Under the pieces are notes generated by a model. That model was not told where the DNA came from. It made no database searches and saw only the letters and a list, made by a program, of their open reading frames with translations. Shown here in pieces: positions 1 to 8,913 of a DNA stretch of 37,940 bases (position 1 is the first letter of the stretch; every line of letters starts with the position of its first letter). Both the position numbers and the translations under genes were made by a program. The stretch lies in the IMG/VR virus record IMGVR_UViG_3300020202_000165, positions 1 to 37,940 of that record; one strand, given 5' to 3'. The stretch comes from a virus (Duplodnaviria > Caudoviricetes).

Positions 1-2
1 AC

Positions 3-1691
3 GAATGCGACCCCGAGGGCCAGTGGATACGCGAGCGGGTAGACCCGGGCGAGATGTTCTGGGACCCCGCGGCGAAGAAGAAGAACCTCTCGGATGCCCG
101 CTGGCTGCTTCGCCGGACCCGGGTCGACTCCAAGCTCCTGGAACTCAAATACCCGAAGATCAAGGACGTGCAGGCCGAGGGCGAAACCTTCATGGCCGAG
201 CCGTCCGACGACGACCAGGGCGACCACCTTGCGGACCTTGCCTACCTCTACACCTACGGCAAGAAGGGCCAGGTTGCCGGCACGGAAACCGTGGTCGAGT
301 ACCAGTGGTATGAGCTGGTCACCGAGTACCGGGTGATCGCGCCTGGCTTCCCCGTCACCACGCTCGACGAGACGAAGTTCAAGAAGGGCGAGAAGCGCCT
401 TGAGTCGATGGGCGCGCAATGGGCCAGGGTGCAGCGCAAGAAGTACATGCGCGCGCTGCTGGCGAGAAACCAGGTGGTGGAGAAAGGCCCGTCCCCGGTT
501 GACGGCTTCACCTACCACTGCATCACCGGCCGCTGGGACCGCAACAAGCGGATGTTCTACGGCATGGTCAGGGATCTCAAAGATCCCCAGCGCTGGGCGA
601 ACAAGTTCTTCTCCTCGATGCTCGATATCGTGTCCGTCAACTCCAAGGGCGGCATCATGGCGGAGGAGGGGGCGTTCAAGGACCCCCGCAAGGCGGAGGA
701 GGATTGGTCGAACCCCGGCAAGGTCGTGCTGATGACGCAGGGTGCCATTTCCGGCAACCGCGTCAAGGAACGGCCGCGCTCCGAATACCCGTCCAGCATG
801 GACAAGCTGCTTGCTTTCGCGGTGTCGAGCCTGCGTGACGTTTCGGGTGTCAACGTCGAACTGCTCGGCATGGCGGATCGGGATCAGCCGGGCATCGTTG
901 AAGCTCAGCGGAAGCAGTCAGCCCTTGCAATCCTCGCGCCGTTCTTCGATGCCTTGAAGAGCTACCGCAAGACCGCCGGGCAATGTCAGCTGCAGTTCAT
1001 CCGCCGCTGGATGCCAGATGCGGTGATGCAGCGGGTTCTCCCTCAGGAGTATCACCAGTACATCCCGGCGATCCGCGACGAGAAGGCGATCAAGTTCGAC
1101 GTGATCGTAGACGAATCCCCGGTCTCTCCGAACCAGAAGGAGCAGACCATGGCGGTGCTGGCGCAGTTCCTGCCCGAGGCGATGAAGATGGGCATCATGC
1201 CGCCGCCGGAGGTGCTGGACTACCTGCCATTGCCCAAGCCGTTCGTCGAGAAGTGGAAGGCGAAGCTCAGCCAGCCCGACCCGATGGCCGAGCAGATGAA
1301 GATGCTCGACCTGGAGGAGAAGAAGGCGGGCATCGATAAGGACAAGAGCCAGGCCGCGGCGAACATGGGCCGGGCGCAGCAGGCGATGAAGCAAGATCCG
1401 CGCATGGAAATGCAGATGCGGATCGCCGAGATGCAGGCCGAATTGCAGAAGATGCAAGCCGAGCTTCAGATGAAGCGCGAAGAGCACCAGCAGGAGATGC
1501 AGTTCCGCGTTGCCGAGCATCAGATGGACATGGCTGTCGCCCAGTCGGAACAGGCCATGCAGATGCAGCACGCCGAGCAGGAGCACGCACAGTCCATGGC
1601 GATCAACGAACAGGCCGGCGCGGCGAAGATCGAGCAGATGAAGCGCCAGCAGGCCGCGAAGCCCCAGCCGAACGGAGACGCGCGTGGATAG
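3..1691 (+). CDS. Portal protein, P22-like (5' truncated)
   Basis: Frame of ORF 54..1691 is open back to the window start (ECDPEGQWIRERVDPGEMFWDP); motifs YGMVRDLKDPQRWANK, LRDVSGVNVELLG, KFDVIVDESPVSPNQKE; long Met/Gln-rich C-terminal coiled coil like the P22 portal barrel. Confidence 0.88.
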   Translation, partial: ECDPEGQWIRERVDPGEMFWDPAAKKKNLSDARWLLRRTRVDSKLLELKYPKIKDVQAEGETFMAEPSDDDQGDHLADLAYLYTYGKKGQVAGTETVVEYQWYELVTEYRVIAPGFPVTTLDETKFKKGEKRLESMGAQWARVQRKKYMRALLARNQVVEKGPSPVDGFTYHCITGRWDRNKRMFYGMVRDLKDPQRWANKFFSSMLDIVSVNSKGGIMAEEGAFKDPRKAEEDWSNPGKVVLMTQGAISGNRVKERPRSEYPSSMDKLLAFAVSSLRDVSGVNVELLGMADRDQPGIVEAQRKQSALAILAPFFDALKSYRKTAGQCQLQFIRRWMPDAVMQRVLPQEYHQYIPAIRDEKAIKFDVIVDESPVSPNQKEQTMAVLAQFLPEAMKMGIMPPPEVLDYLPLPKPFVEKWKAKLSQPDPMAEQMKMLDLEEKKAGIDKDKSQAAANMGRAQQAMKQDPRMEMQMRIAEMQAELQKMQAELQMKREEHQQEMQFRVAEHQMDMAVAQSEQAMQMQHAEQEHAQSMAINEQAGAAKIEQMKRQQAAKPQPNGDARG

Positions 1692-1938
1692 TGAATGGGA
1701 TTGGCGTCAAGCGGTGCAGGCTTTGAGGGCAGAAATCCCTGACATTCACGTTGAGCATATGGACTTCGGCAACACGGTTGCGGCGCAAAATCCCACGACC
1801 GGGCGAGTCATCTATGTAAAGCGCGTGTATCGGCCGGAGCGCGATGGCGCGGTCGGATATTGGCTGATGTCGCCCTGCAGCGTGTCGGAGGCCGTCGAAA
1901 TACTCAGGCAGTCGAAGCAGCCGCGAGGTGAGGCTTGA
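1684..1938 (+). CDS. Hypothetical protein (84 aa)
   Basis: GTG start with GGAG upstream, overlaps portal stop; fills gap in operon. Confidence 0.55.
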   Translation: MDSEWDWRQAVQALRAEIPDIHVEHMDFGNTVAAQNPTTGRVIYVKRVYRPERDGAVGYWLMSPCSVSEAVEILRQSKQPRGEA

Positions 1939-2117
1939 ACCTCACCCCGTTGCAAGAAGCCCTAGCCGAGATGTGCGAAGCCCGGAAAGCCTGGCGCATC
2001 GCATGGCGCGCCTATGAAGCGGCAAATGCGGCGAAGCAGGCGGCCGATGCGCGCATGCTCGACGCGCGAACCCACCTGGACCACACAATCGACGCGATGA
2101 TCGAGGCTCACAAATGA
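1935..2117 (+). CDS. Hypothetical helical protein (60 aa)
   Basis: TTG start after GAGGTGAGG; 4-nt overlaps with both neighbours. Confidence 0.6.
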   Translation: MNLTPLQEALAEMCEARKAWRIAWRAYEAANAAKQAADARMLDARTHLDHTIDAMIEAHK

Positions 2118-2983
2118 GCGAAATCGACGTTCTCTCGGCCGAAGAGGCCGCCATCGTCTCTCCGGGCGCACCTCCTGCCGCGCCCGAGCCGGCTCCGGCC
2201 CCTCAGCCCGCGCCTCAACCGGAGCCGGCACCTACTCCGAAGGCTGAAGAGCCGCCGAAACCGGCTCCCGAAGCCCCGAAAACCGAGTCGGAGACCCCGA
2301 AAGGCGGTCCGAACGATGCAATCGCGGCCATGCGGCGCGAAAACGCCGAAATGCGCCGGCAATTGGCCGCTCTACAGCAGCAATTGCAGCCAAAACAGCC
2401 GGAAATCCAGCCTCCGGCCTTCGATCAGGACCCGGCAACCAACCTCAACGCTCGCCTGACCCCCACGGAGCAGGCCGTCGCCGAAATCCGCCAGCAGATG
2501 CAGGCGCAAGCGGTCCAGCAGCAGATCATGACCGCGTATGCGACCTCCGCGCGCGAGTTTGCGGCGCAAAATGCCGACTTCACCGAGGCCTACCAGTTCC
2601 TTCTCAACGGCCGCACCGAGGAATTGCAGGCCATGGGCTATTCGGGCGTCGAATTGGCCCGCCGCGTGCAAGCCGACGAGATGGGAATCGTCGCCACGGC
2701 GCTTCAGAACGGCGCAAATCCGGCTGAAACCCTCTACCGGGTCGCCAAGGCGCGCGGGTTCACCGGTCCGAAGCCGAAAGAGGCGCCCAAGACCGCTCCG
2801 GCCACACCCGCCCAGGCGGCCGACCTCCAGCGCATCGCGGAGGGCCAACGGGTTGCCGCGTCGCCGGTTGCCGGCGCCGAGGCCGCTCCGTCGTCAGAGT
2901 TGACACTGGAAACATTCCTGGCTATGGATGAAGAAGAAGCTGCCGCCCTCACGGGCAAGAAGTGGCAGCGGATGTGGCAGTAA
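2114..2983 (+). CDS. Capsid scaffolding protein (putative)
   Basis: Between portal and capsid; Pro/Glu-rich disordered N-terminus, coiled-coil middle, short C-terminal helix ending KKWQRMWQ. Confidence 0.75.
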   Translation: MSEIDVLSAEEAAIVSPGAPPAAPEPAPAPQPAPQPEPAPTPKAEEPPKPAPEAPKTESETPKGGPNDAIAAMRRENAEMRRQLAALQQQLQPKQPEIQPPAFDQDPATNLNARLTPTEQAVAEIRQQMQAQAVQQQIMTAYATSAREFAAQNADFTEAYQFLLNGRTEELQAMGYSGVELARRVQADEMGIVATALQNGANPAETLYRVAKARGFTGPKPKEAPKTAPATPAQAADLQRIAEGQRVAASPVAGAEAAPSSELTLETFLAMDEEEAAALTGKKWQRMWQ

Positions 2984-3174
2984 CGACCCCGGCTCTCGTC
3001 TAAACCGGCGCACGTTCGCGGCCTCAGCGTAAAGGCCGTCGCCGCCCGAAGCGACATTCGGAGTGCGAGGCCTGCCAAGCGAATCGGCAGGGGGCTCCCG
3101 AGCCCTGATCGGCGTGCGCGTAACCGTGCGGCGGATAGCGCGGTGCAACCGATTGCCGAAAGCACCCACCAATC
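2984..3174 (+). promoter_or_regulatory. Multi-hairpin structured leader upstream of the major capsid gene
   Basis: At least five stem-loops (3019-3038, 3038-3055, 3071-3091, 3092-3105, 3123-3144) and a long-range pairing GCGCACG 3008-3014 with CGTGCGC 3113-3119. Confidence 0.5.
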
Positions 3175-4278
3175 ATGGCAGCCACCTCATACGGGGTGAA
3201 CCACCCCCTGGCCGTGAAGGCCTGGGCGAAGAAGCTGTTCGTGGAGACCCTGAAGGAAACGCGCTACGCGCAGTTCCGGGGCTCCTCGGGCACCGAATCG
3301 CTCATTTCGATGAAGAACGAGTTGACGAAGGACGCTGGCGACCGTGTTCGCCAAGGCCTTCGCATGCAGCTCAGCGGCGCCGGTATCCAGGGCGATGCAA
3401 CCTTGGAAGGCAACGAAGAGGCTCTCGCCACTCACCATGACGATGTGTTCATCGACCAGCTCCGTCATGCTGTGAAGTCGGAAGGCGAGATGTCCGAGCA
3501 ACGCGTCTCCTTCGACGTGCGTCAGGAGGCGATGGACGGCCTGCGCGATTGGTGGGCCGACCGCTGGGATACCTGCTTCTTCAACCAGCTTGCCGGCGCC
3601 AGCGTCATCCAGACGCAGGCCAACACGGTCCAGAGCACCAACCTCTCGACGGTGTACTCGGGCAACCAGGTCGCGATTGCGCCGGACGCGAGCCACATCT
3701 TCTCGTCCAGCGCCACCAACGACAACACGACCGAGGCGTCACTGTCGGCGACGACCACCTTCGCGCTGAAGTTGGCCGACATCGACCGCGCGGTGGCGAA
3801 GGCGAAGACCCTGACCCCGGCCATCCGGCCGCTCAAGGTCAACGGCGACACGCGGTTCGTGTTGTTCATCCACCCGTATCAGACCTACCAGCTCCGCACC
3901 AACACGGCGGATGGAAACTGGCTGGCGATGCAGCGCGACGCCATGCAGGGCGGCAAGATCGGGGACAACCCCCGCATCACCGGCCTGCTCGGCGTCTACA
4001 ACAACACGATGATTGTCGAGGACGCGCGCGTTCCGAACGTCCCGACCATCACCGCGAACACCTCCTATCGTCGCAGCGTGTTCTGCGGCGCTCAGGCCGC
4101 ATTGATGGCGTTCGGCCGCAAGAGCCGCGACGGCACCATGACATGGGTCGAGGAGGGCTTTGACTACAAGAACAAGCTCGGCGTTTCGGCCGGTGCGATC
4201 TTCGGCATCAAGAAGACGGTGTTCAACTCCGCCGACTTCTCGACGATCGTCATCTCCGGCTACGCGCCTGCGGCTTAA
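3175..4278 (+). CDS. Major capsid protein, N4-gp56/DUF4043 family
   Basis: AVKAWAKKLF, KDAGDRV, LEGNEEAL, IDQLRHAV, FIHPYQ, GAQA, IFGIKKTVFN motifs; 367 aa; follows scaffold. Confidence 0.9.
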   Translation: MAATSYGVNHPLAVKAWAKKLFVETLKETRYAQFRGSSGTESLISMKNELTKDAGDRVRQGLRMQLSGAGIQGDATLEGNEEALATHHDDVFIDQLRHAVKSEGEMSEQRVSFDVRQEAMDGLRDWWADRWDTCFFNQLAGASVIQTQANTVQSTNLSTVYSGNQVAIAPDASHIFSSSATNDNTTEASLSATTTFALKLADIDRAVAKAKTLTPAIRPLKVNGDTRFVLFIHPYQTYQLRTNTADGNWLAMQRDAMQGGKIGDNPRITGLLGVYNNTMIVEDARVPNVPTITANTSYRRSVFCGAQAALMAFGRKSRDGTMTWVEEGFDYKNKLGVSAGAIFGIKKTVFNSADFSTIVISGYAPAA

Positions 4279-4290
4279 GGAGGCGCTGAA

Positions 4291-4728
4291 ATGGCAACCC
4301 AAACCTCCTCCGACTACGGCCTTATCCCGCCGCGCACCGTGCATGTCGGCACCAACCGCATGTCGGGCAACCTCATCGCCACGATCTCCGCTTCGGCGTC
4401 AGACGAGAACTTCATGTTCCCGATCCCGCCGAAGTGCGTTGCGGTGGGCGGCGCGCTTACGGGCTCCGTTCCCTCGGGCACCTCGGGCAACCTGGTGTTC
4501 AAGGTCGGCACCCGCGAGGACGATGACGCGTTCGGCACCTACACCCTCTCGGGCACGGCGCGGCTGCAGACTCGTCTGAACATCTACGCGCCGGTCACGG
4601 TCTCCACCTCTGACGATGTGGTGCCGTACCAGCGTGCGGTGATCGTGACGACCAACTCGGCCGCCACCTCGACTACCTCCTACTCCCTGCATCTGACGTT
4701 GGAATACGTCATGCCGGGCAACGCCTGA
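4291..4728 (+). CDS. Capsid decoration/cement protein (putative)
   Basis: Strong SD TAAGGAGG; directly after MCP; small beta-rich Ser/Thr-rich protein. Confidence 0.65.
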   Translation: MATQTSSDYGLIPPRTVHVGTNRMSGNLIATISASASDENFMFPIPPKCVAVGGALTGSVPSGTSGNLVFKVGTREDDDAFGTYTLSGTARLQTRLNIYAPVTVSTSDDVVPYQRAVIVTTNSAATSTTSYSLHLTLEYVMPGNA

Positions 4729-4735
4729 GGCATTA

Positions 4736-4757
4736 GGGAGGGGCTTCGGCCCCTCCC
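4736..4757 (+). terminator. Stable hairpin GGGAGGGGC-TTCG-GCCCCTCCC (weak terminator or RNA stabiliser after capsid genes)
   Basis: Perfect 9-bp stem with cUUCGg tetraloop; only a poor U-tract (GCTT) follows. Confidence 0.6.
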
Positions 4758-4764
4758 GCTTCGG

Positions 4765-6075
4765 ATGCGGAACGTCAAGGAAATCACCGAAGAGGCCTTC
4801 GTCCACCATCGGGCGGGCCGAACGCTTGAAGCGGCGGAAATCTATGATCGCCTCCTGGGTTATACCCACGGTGAAGATTTCAACGTTTTGCATGCCTACG
4901 GAACATTGATTGCGGAGAATGAGGCCTCGCCCGGCCTTGCCGCGTACCTACTGCAGAACGCCGTCAAGCTATATCCCGCGCACTCCCCGGCCTGGGTCAA
5001 TCTCGGCATCACCTACCAGCGTCTCGGCATGAGGAAAGCGTGGGCCGGGGCGATCGAGGAAGCGATCCGGCTCGACCCGAACAACGCGATTGCGCTCGGC
5101 AACATGGCCGGCGTGTTCATCAACACCGGCCAGCCGGCGAAGGTGATCGAATACGCCTCCCGCGCGCTGGCGATCGATCCCGAGGACAACACCGCGCGCT
5201 ATCATATGGCGTTCGGCCTGCTGGAGGCCGGTCGATTTGGCGAGGCGTGGCCCTACTACGAATCCCGGTGGCGCCAGCCGAACATGGCGAAGAACGCCCG
5301 GCCGTACAAAGCCCCGCGCTGGGATGGGAAGAAGGTCGGGACCCTTGCAATCCATGGCGAACAGGGCGTCGGCGACGAGCTGCTGTTCCTGACCTGCCTG
5401 GAGAAAGTCCGGCCGCTCGCCGACAAGATCGTCATCGAATGCGCCGACCGGCTTGTGTCGCTGCTGGAGCGCTCGCTTGACCTGCCCTGCTACGCCACCC
5501 ATGCCGAGCTGATCGAAGCGCACGGCGAGCCCGATGCTTACGTGCCGATGGGCTCGCTCCCCGGCATCGTCGGGCTTCCCTCTGGCAATCCCTACCTGAA
5601 GGCGCGGCAGCCGGCGGCGCGTAACGGCACCTACCGCGTCGGCATCGCCTGGAAGGGCGGCACGCAGAAGACGCACAAGGAGTTCCGCACGCTCAAGTTG
5701 GCGGAGCTGAAGCCGATCCTCTCGGTTCCCGGCGTCGAGTTCGTCTCGGTCCAGTACGGCGAGGAACCGGTGCTCGAGGAAGCGCGAGCCCATGGGCTGA
5801 AGACCAACTTTGCCGGCCGCGACATGGAGGCCATCACCGATGAAATCGCCTCTTGCGATCTCGTCGTCACCGTCTGCCAGACCGCGGTTCACATCGCCGG
5901 CGGGCTGGGAATCCCTTGCTGGGTGCTGACCCCTCGAAAGGTCGCCTGGCGCTACGTCGTGGAGCCGATGCCCTGGTATCGCAGCGTGAAGCTCTACCGG
6001 CAGGACGAAACCGAACAGTGGGAGCCCGTGATCGCGAAGGTCGCGGCGGATTTGCGTGCAGCAGTTCTACCTTGA
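4765..6075 (+). CDS. TPR-repeat protein with C-terminal GT-B (GT9/heptosyltransferase-like) glycosyltransferase domain
   Basis: N-terminal TPRs (AWVNLGITYQRLG, ALGNMAG, ALAIDPED); GEQGVGDELLF, VGIAWKGG, FVSVQYG, DLVVTVCQTAVHIAGGLGIPCWVL, PWYRSVKLYRQ typical of TPR-GT9 proteins. Confidence 0.85.
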   Translation: MRNVKEITEEAFVHHRAGRTLEAAEIYDRLLGYTHGEDFNVLHAYGTLIAENEASPGLAAYLLQNAVKLYPAHSPAWVNLGITYQRLGMRKAWAGAIEEAIRLDPNNAIALGNMAGVFINTGQPAKVIEYASRALAIDPEDNTARYHMAFGLLEAGRFGEAWPYYESRWRQPNMAKNARPYKAPRWDGKKVGTLAIHGEQGVGDELLFLTCLEKVRPLADKIVIECADRLVSLLERSLDLPCYATHAELIEAHGEPDAYVPMGSLPGIVGLPSGNPYLKARQPAARNGTYRVGIAWKGGTQKTHKEFRTLKLAELKPILSVPGVEFVSVQYGEEPVLEEARAHGLKTNFAGRDMEAITDEIASCDLVVTVCQTAVHIAGGLGIPCWVLTPRKVAWRYVVEPMPWYRSVKLYRQDETEQWEPVIAKVAADLRAAVLP

Positions 6076-6454
6076 GCCGGTCGATTGGGCGCCTCTCACG
6101 GAGGACGCCTATCTGGACGCCGCGGGGAACCCCGTCAACTTCCTCCACACCATGCTCGGCATGATGGAGCGGCGCGACTACAAGGAAATCGCCTTCGATC
6201 ACAAGACGCTCGATTGGATGGCGCGCATGTGGTCGCTCGCCGGCATGGCGGCGGTGGGACACAAGTTCCGCGATCAGATCCTCCGCGAGGCCGAGCGCTG
6301 CCGGCATTGGTCGAAGGTGCTGAAGGACGGCATGCACGAGCGCGGCGAAAGCGGCTTCGTGTTCTTCAACTCCCCCTCGGACTGGCCCGACAAGAAAACC
6401 GTCGTCTCCGCCATCCGCGCCCTGCAACACGCTGAGATCAGGACCATCCAGTGA
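6056..6454 (+). CDS. Hypothetical protein within glycosylation cassette
   Basis: GTG start overlapping upstream gene; GTGA coupling to next gene; typical codon usage. Confidence 0.7.
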   Translation: MQQFYLEPVDWAPLTEDAYLDAAGNPVNFLHTMLGMMERRDYKEIAFDHKTLDWMARMWSLAGMAAVGHKFRDQILREAERCRHWSKVLKDGMHERGESGFVFFNSPSDWPDKKTVVSAIRALQHAEIRTIQ

Positions 6455-7140
6455 TCGATGTCGTCTGCTACTACGCCGACTTCGGCCGGCCCTACGAGCC
6501 CCTGCTGGAGCGGATGTTCACTTCCGCCCGCCGGGTCATGCCGGGCTGCCATACCGCGTTCCTGACGCCCACGCCCCGCCCGTGGATGCACGACATGGCG
6601 GCGGAGGTCATTGCGCTCCAGGCCGAGCCGAACCTGATGACGCTCGCCCGCGATCGGGCGGTGGCGATGACATCGCTGATGGTGGTGGCGAAGCGCCCGG
6701 TTCTGCTTGTCGATCCGGACATCGCCTTCCAGCGCGCGCCCGATTTCCCGGATGCCGATGTTGCCTTGCTGTGGCGGCGCAAGAAGGTCGATCAGCCGAT
6801 CAACAACGGTGCGATCTACGCCCGGCCCGGTTGCCCGGAGTTCTGGAAGAAGTACAGCCACATCGCCATTAACCTGCCGAAGGAAATCCATCACTGGTGG
6901 TGCGACCAGATCGCGTTCACGACGATGACGAGCGTGTTCCGCCATCCGGGCGACACGTTCCAGGTCATGGATGCGAAGGTCCACCTGTGGGACGCCTACA
7001 AGGCATGTGCCCCGGTGAAGCAGGCGGAAGGCACCGCCTGGGCGCTGCACTACAAGGGTGCGCTGAAGGGCGAGGAGTTCGAGAAGTTCTTCCCCGGTAG
7101 GCCTGACAAGAGGACGGCAGAAGCCGTCGCGGCGTTCTGA
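6451..7140 (+). CDS. Putative GT-A fold (nucleotide-diphospho-sugar) glycosyltransferase
   Basis: Hydrophobic strand plus DxD (VLLVDPDI), INNGAIYAR, WWCDQ, ALHYKG motifs as in GT8/GT77-like enzymes. Confidence 0.65.
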   Translation: MIDVVCYYADFGRPYEPLLERMFTSARRVMPGCHTAFLTPTPRPWMHDMAAEVIALQAEPNLMTLARDRAVAMTSLMVVAKRPVLLVDPDIAFQRAPDFPDADVALLWRRKKVDQPINNGAIYARPGCPEFWKKYSHIAINLPKEIHHWWCDQIAFTTMTSVFRHPGDTFQVMDAKVHLWDAYKACAPVKQAEGTAWALHYKGALKGEEFEKFFPGRPDKRTAEAVAAF

Positions 7141-7643
7141 TGCCGCGCCGCTGGCATGTCATCGAGGTCATCGCGACCGGCCGCAGCTACAAGCGCGGTG
7201 CTGAACTTGGCGTCGCTGCAGGCAGGTTCACGGCGCACCTGCTCCAGCAGATTCCCGACCTTCACATGATCGCGGTGGACCTGTGGGCACCGACCCCGGA
7301 CCGTTTCCAGTGCTCCGGCAACTACGATTCCTGGCCGCACGAAGAGCACTATCGGAAGTACGTCGCGCGCACCGAGCCTTACGCCGATCGGGTGAAGACC
7401 CTGCGCATGAGCAGCGTGGATGCGGCTGCGCTGGTCAAGGACGGCTCTTTGGACTTCGTGTTCATCGACGCCGATCACTCCTATGAGGCGGTCAAGGCCG
7501 ACATCGCGGCATGGTCTCCGAAGGTCCGCGAAGGGGGGTTGATCGCCGGCCATGACATCGATTGGTCGAGCGTGCATCGCGCGGTGGTCGAGACCGGGCT
7601 GTTCGAGAAAACCCATGACGATGTGTGGCTGCGATGGAACTGA
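7140..7643 (+). CDS. Class I SAM-dependent methyltransferase (Methyltransf_24-like)
   Basis: GAELGVAAG, AVDLW, LDFVFIDADHSYEAVKADIAAWSPKVREGGLIAGHD. Confidence 0.9.
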   Translation: MPRRWHVIEVIATGRSYKRGAELGVAAGRFTAHLLQQIPDLHMIAVDLWAPTPDRFQCSGNYDSWPHEEHYRKYVARTEPYADRVKTLRMSSVDAAALVKDGSLDFVFIDADHSYEAVKADIAAWSPKVREGGLIAGHDIDWSSVHRAVVETGLFEKTHDDVWLRWN

Positions 7644-8146
7644 TCTCCACCGCATACCGGGACCTGAACAAGGAAGCGCATGTGCGCTATCCGACCTTCG
7701 GCCGCACCTCGGGAAGATATGCGCCGATCGTCCTGGAGATGATCAAGCGCTACAAGCCGAGTTCTGTGCTCGACTACGGCTGCGGCAAGGGCATGCTCGG
7801 GCACGAGCTGCGCCACCGCATCATGCAGGAGTGGCGCGAGTACGACCCCTGCATCGAAGGCAAGGACGCCAAGCCGGAACCGGCCGATCTGGTCATCTGC
7901 ACTGATGTCCTGGAGCACGTCGAGCCGGAGCATCTGGATGCGGTTCTTGACGATCTCCGCCGGGTCACCCGCGAACGGGTTTTCTTCGTCATCGCCACCC
8001 GGTTTGCCTCGCACCAACTCGCGGACGGCAGGAACGCGCACCTCATCGTCGAGAACGACGACTGGTGGCTCAAGCGGCTGTCCAAGCAATTCAAGCTCAT
8101 CGGCGGGCATGGCGATGAGCGGGAGCTGACATGCCTGATGTCCTGA
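7634..8146 (+). CDS. Class I SAM-dependent methyltransferase (Methyltransf_11/23-like)
   Basis: VLDYGCGKG motif I, YDP, DLVICTDVLEHVEPE; ATG at 7634 preferred over GTG 7625. Confidence 0.88.
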   Translation: MELISTAYRDLNKEAHVRYPTFGRTSGRYAPIVLEMIKRYKPSSVLDYGCGKGMLGHELRHRIMQEWREYDPCIEGKDAKPEPADLVICTDVLEHVEPEHLDAVLDDLRRVTRERVFFVIATRFASHQLADGRNAHLIVENDDWWLKRLSKQFKLIGGHGDERELTCLMS

Positions 8147-8913
8147 AGGTCTGGATTGGATACGACCAGCGCGAGCACGCGGCGTACGAGGTCTGCCGCT
8201 ACTCGATCATGCGGCATTCGTCGCTGCCCGTTGACGTGCGCCCGCTGAAGCTCGACAGCCTGAAGCGGGCCAGGTGGTACTGGCGGCAGCACTACCTGCA
8301 CAACGGCCAGCGGTTCGACACGCAGGACCAGAAGCCGTTCAGCACGGATTTCAGCTTCACGCGGTTTCTCGTCCCGGCGCTTGAGGGATACAAGGGCTGG
8401 GCGCTGTTTCTCGACTGCGACTTCCTGATCCGCGGCGACATCGCCGAGCTGTTCCAGGATGCGACCGACAAGGCGGTCTACTGCGTCAAGCACCATCACG
8501 AGCCGGAGGAAGGCTTGAAGATGGATGGCGTGCAGCAGACCCGGTACAGGCGGAAGAACTGGTCCTCCTTCGTCCTGTGGAATTGCGGCCACCCGTCCAA
8601 CGCGAGATTGACCGTTGAGAATGTGAACGCTCGACCGGGCGCGTGGCTGCATGCCTTCGAGTGGCTGGACGAGCACGAGATCGGCGCACTGCCGGCGGAT
8701 TGGAACTTCCTCGTCGGCTGGGACAAGCTGCCGTACAACGAAGTCCCGCGCGGGCTGCACTTCACCTCTGGCGGCCCGTGGTTCCAGCACATGCAGGAAG
8801 TTCCGTATGCGGAGCTTTGGAACCGCGAGAAGGCGCACAGGGACTACGCGATAGGCCGGCTGCCGAGCCCGAAGGATGCGGGCCTCCCTGAGTACCTTGG
8901 GGAGGCGGCATGA
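8131..8913 (+). CDS. Phage glycosyltransferase (GT-A, GT8-like)
   Basis: VWIGYDQRE, STDFSFTRFLVP, ALFLDCDFL (DxD), RKNWSSFVLWNCGHP, WNFLVG, LHFTSGGPW. Confidence 0.85.
   Translation: MPDVLKVWIGYDQREHAAYEVCRYSIMRHSSLPVDVRPLKLDSLKRARWYWRQHYLHNGQRFDTQDQKPFSTDFSFTRFLVPALEGYKGWALFLDCDFLIRGDIAELFQDATDKAVYCVKHHHEPEEGLKMDGVQQTRYRRKNWSSFVLWNCGHPSNARLTVENVNARPGAWLHAFEWLDEHEIGALPADWNFLVGWDKLPYNEVPRGLHFTSGGPWFQHMQEVPYAELWNREKAHRDYAIGRLPSPKDAGLPEYLGEAA

Noticed and set aside
2984-3174. tRNA gene
   Set aside because: No T-loop (TTCRA), acceptor stem or CCA in a cloverleaf arrangement
7140-8146. DNA methyltransferases
   Set aside because: No DPPY/NPPY or PC catalytic motifs; they match small-molecule/sugar methyltransferase patterns
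4765-8913. Gtr-type O-antigen conversion cassette
   Set aside because: No bactoprenol-linked membrane enzymes, flippase or multi-TM transferase; lies in the late head operon rather than near att (not fully excluded)
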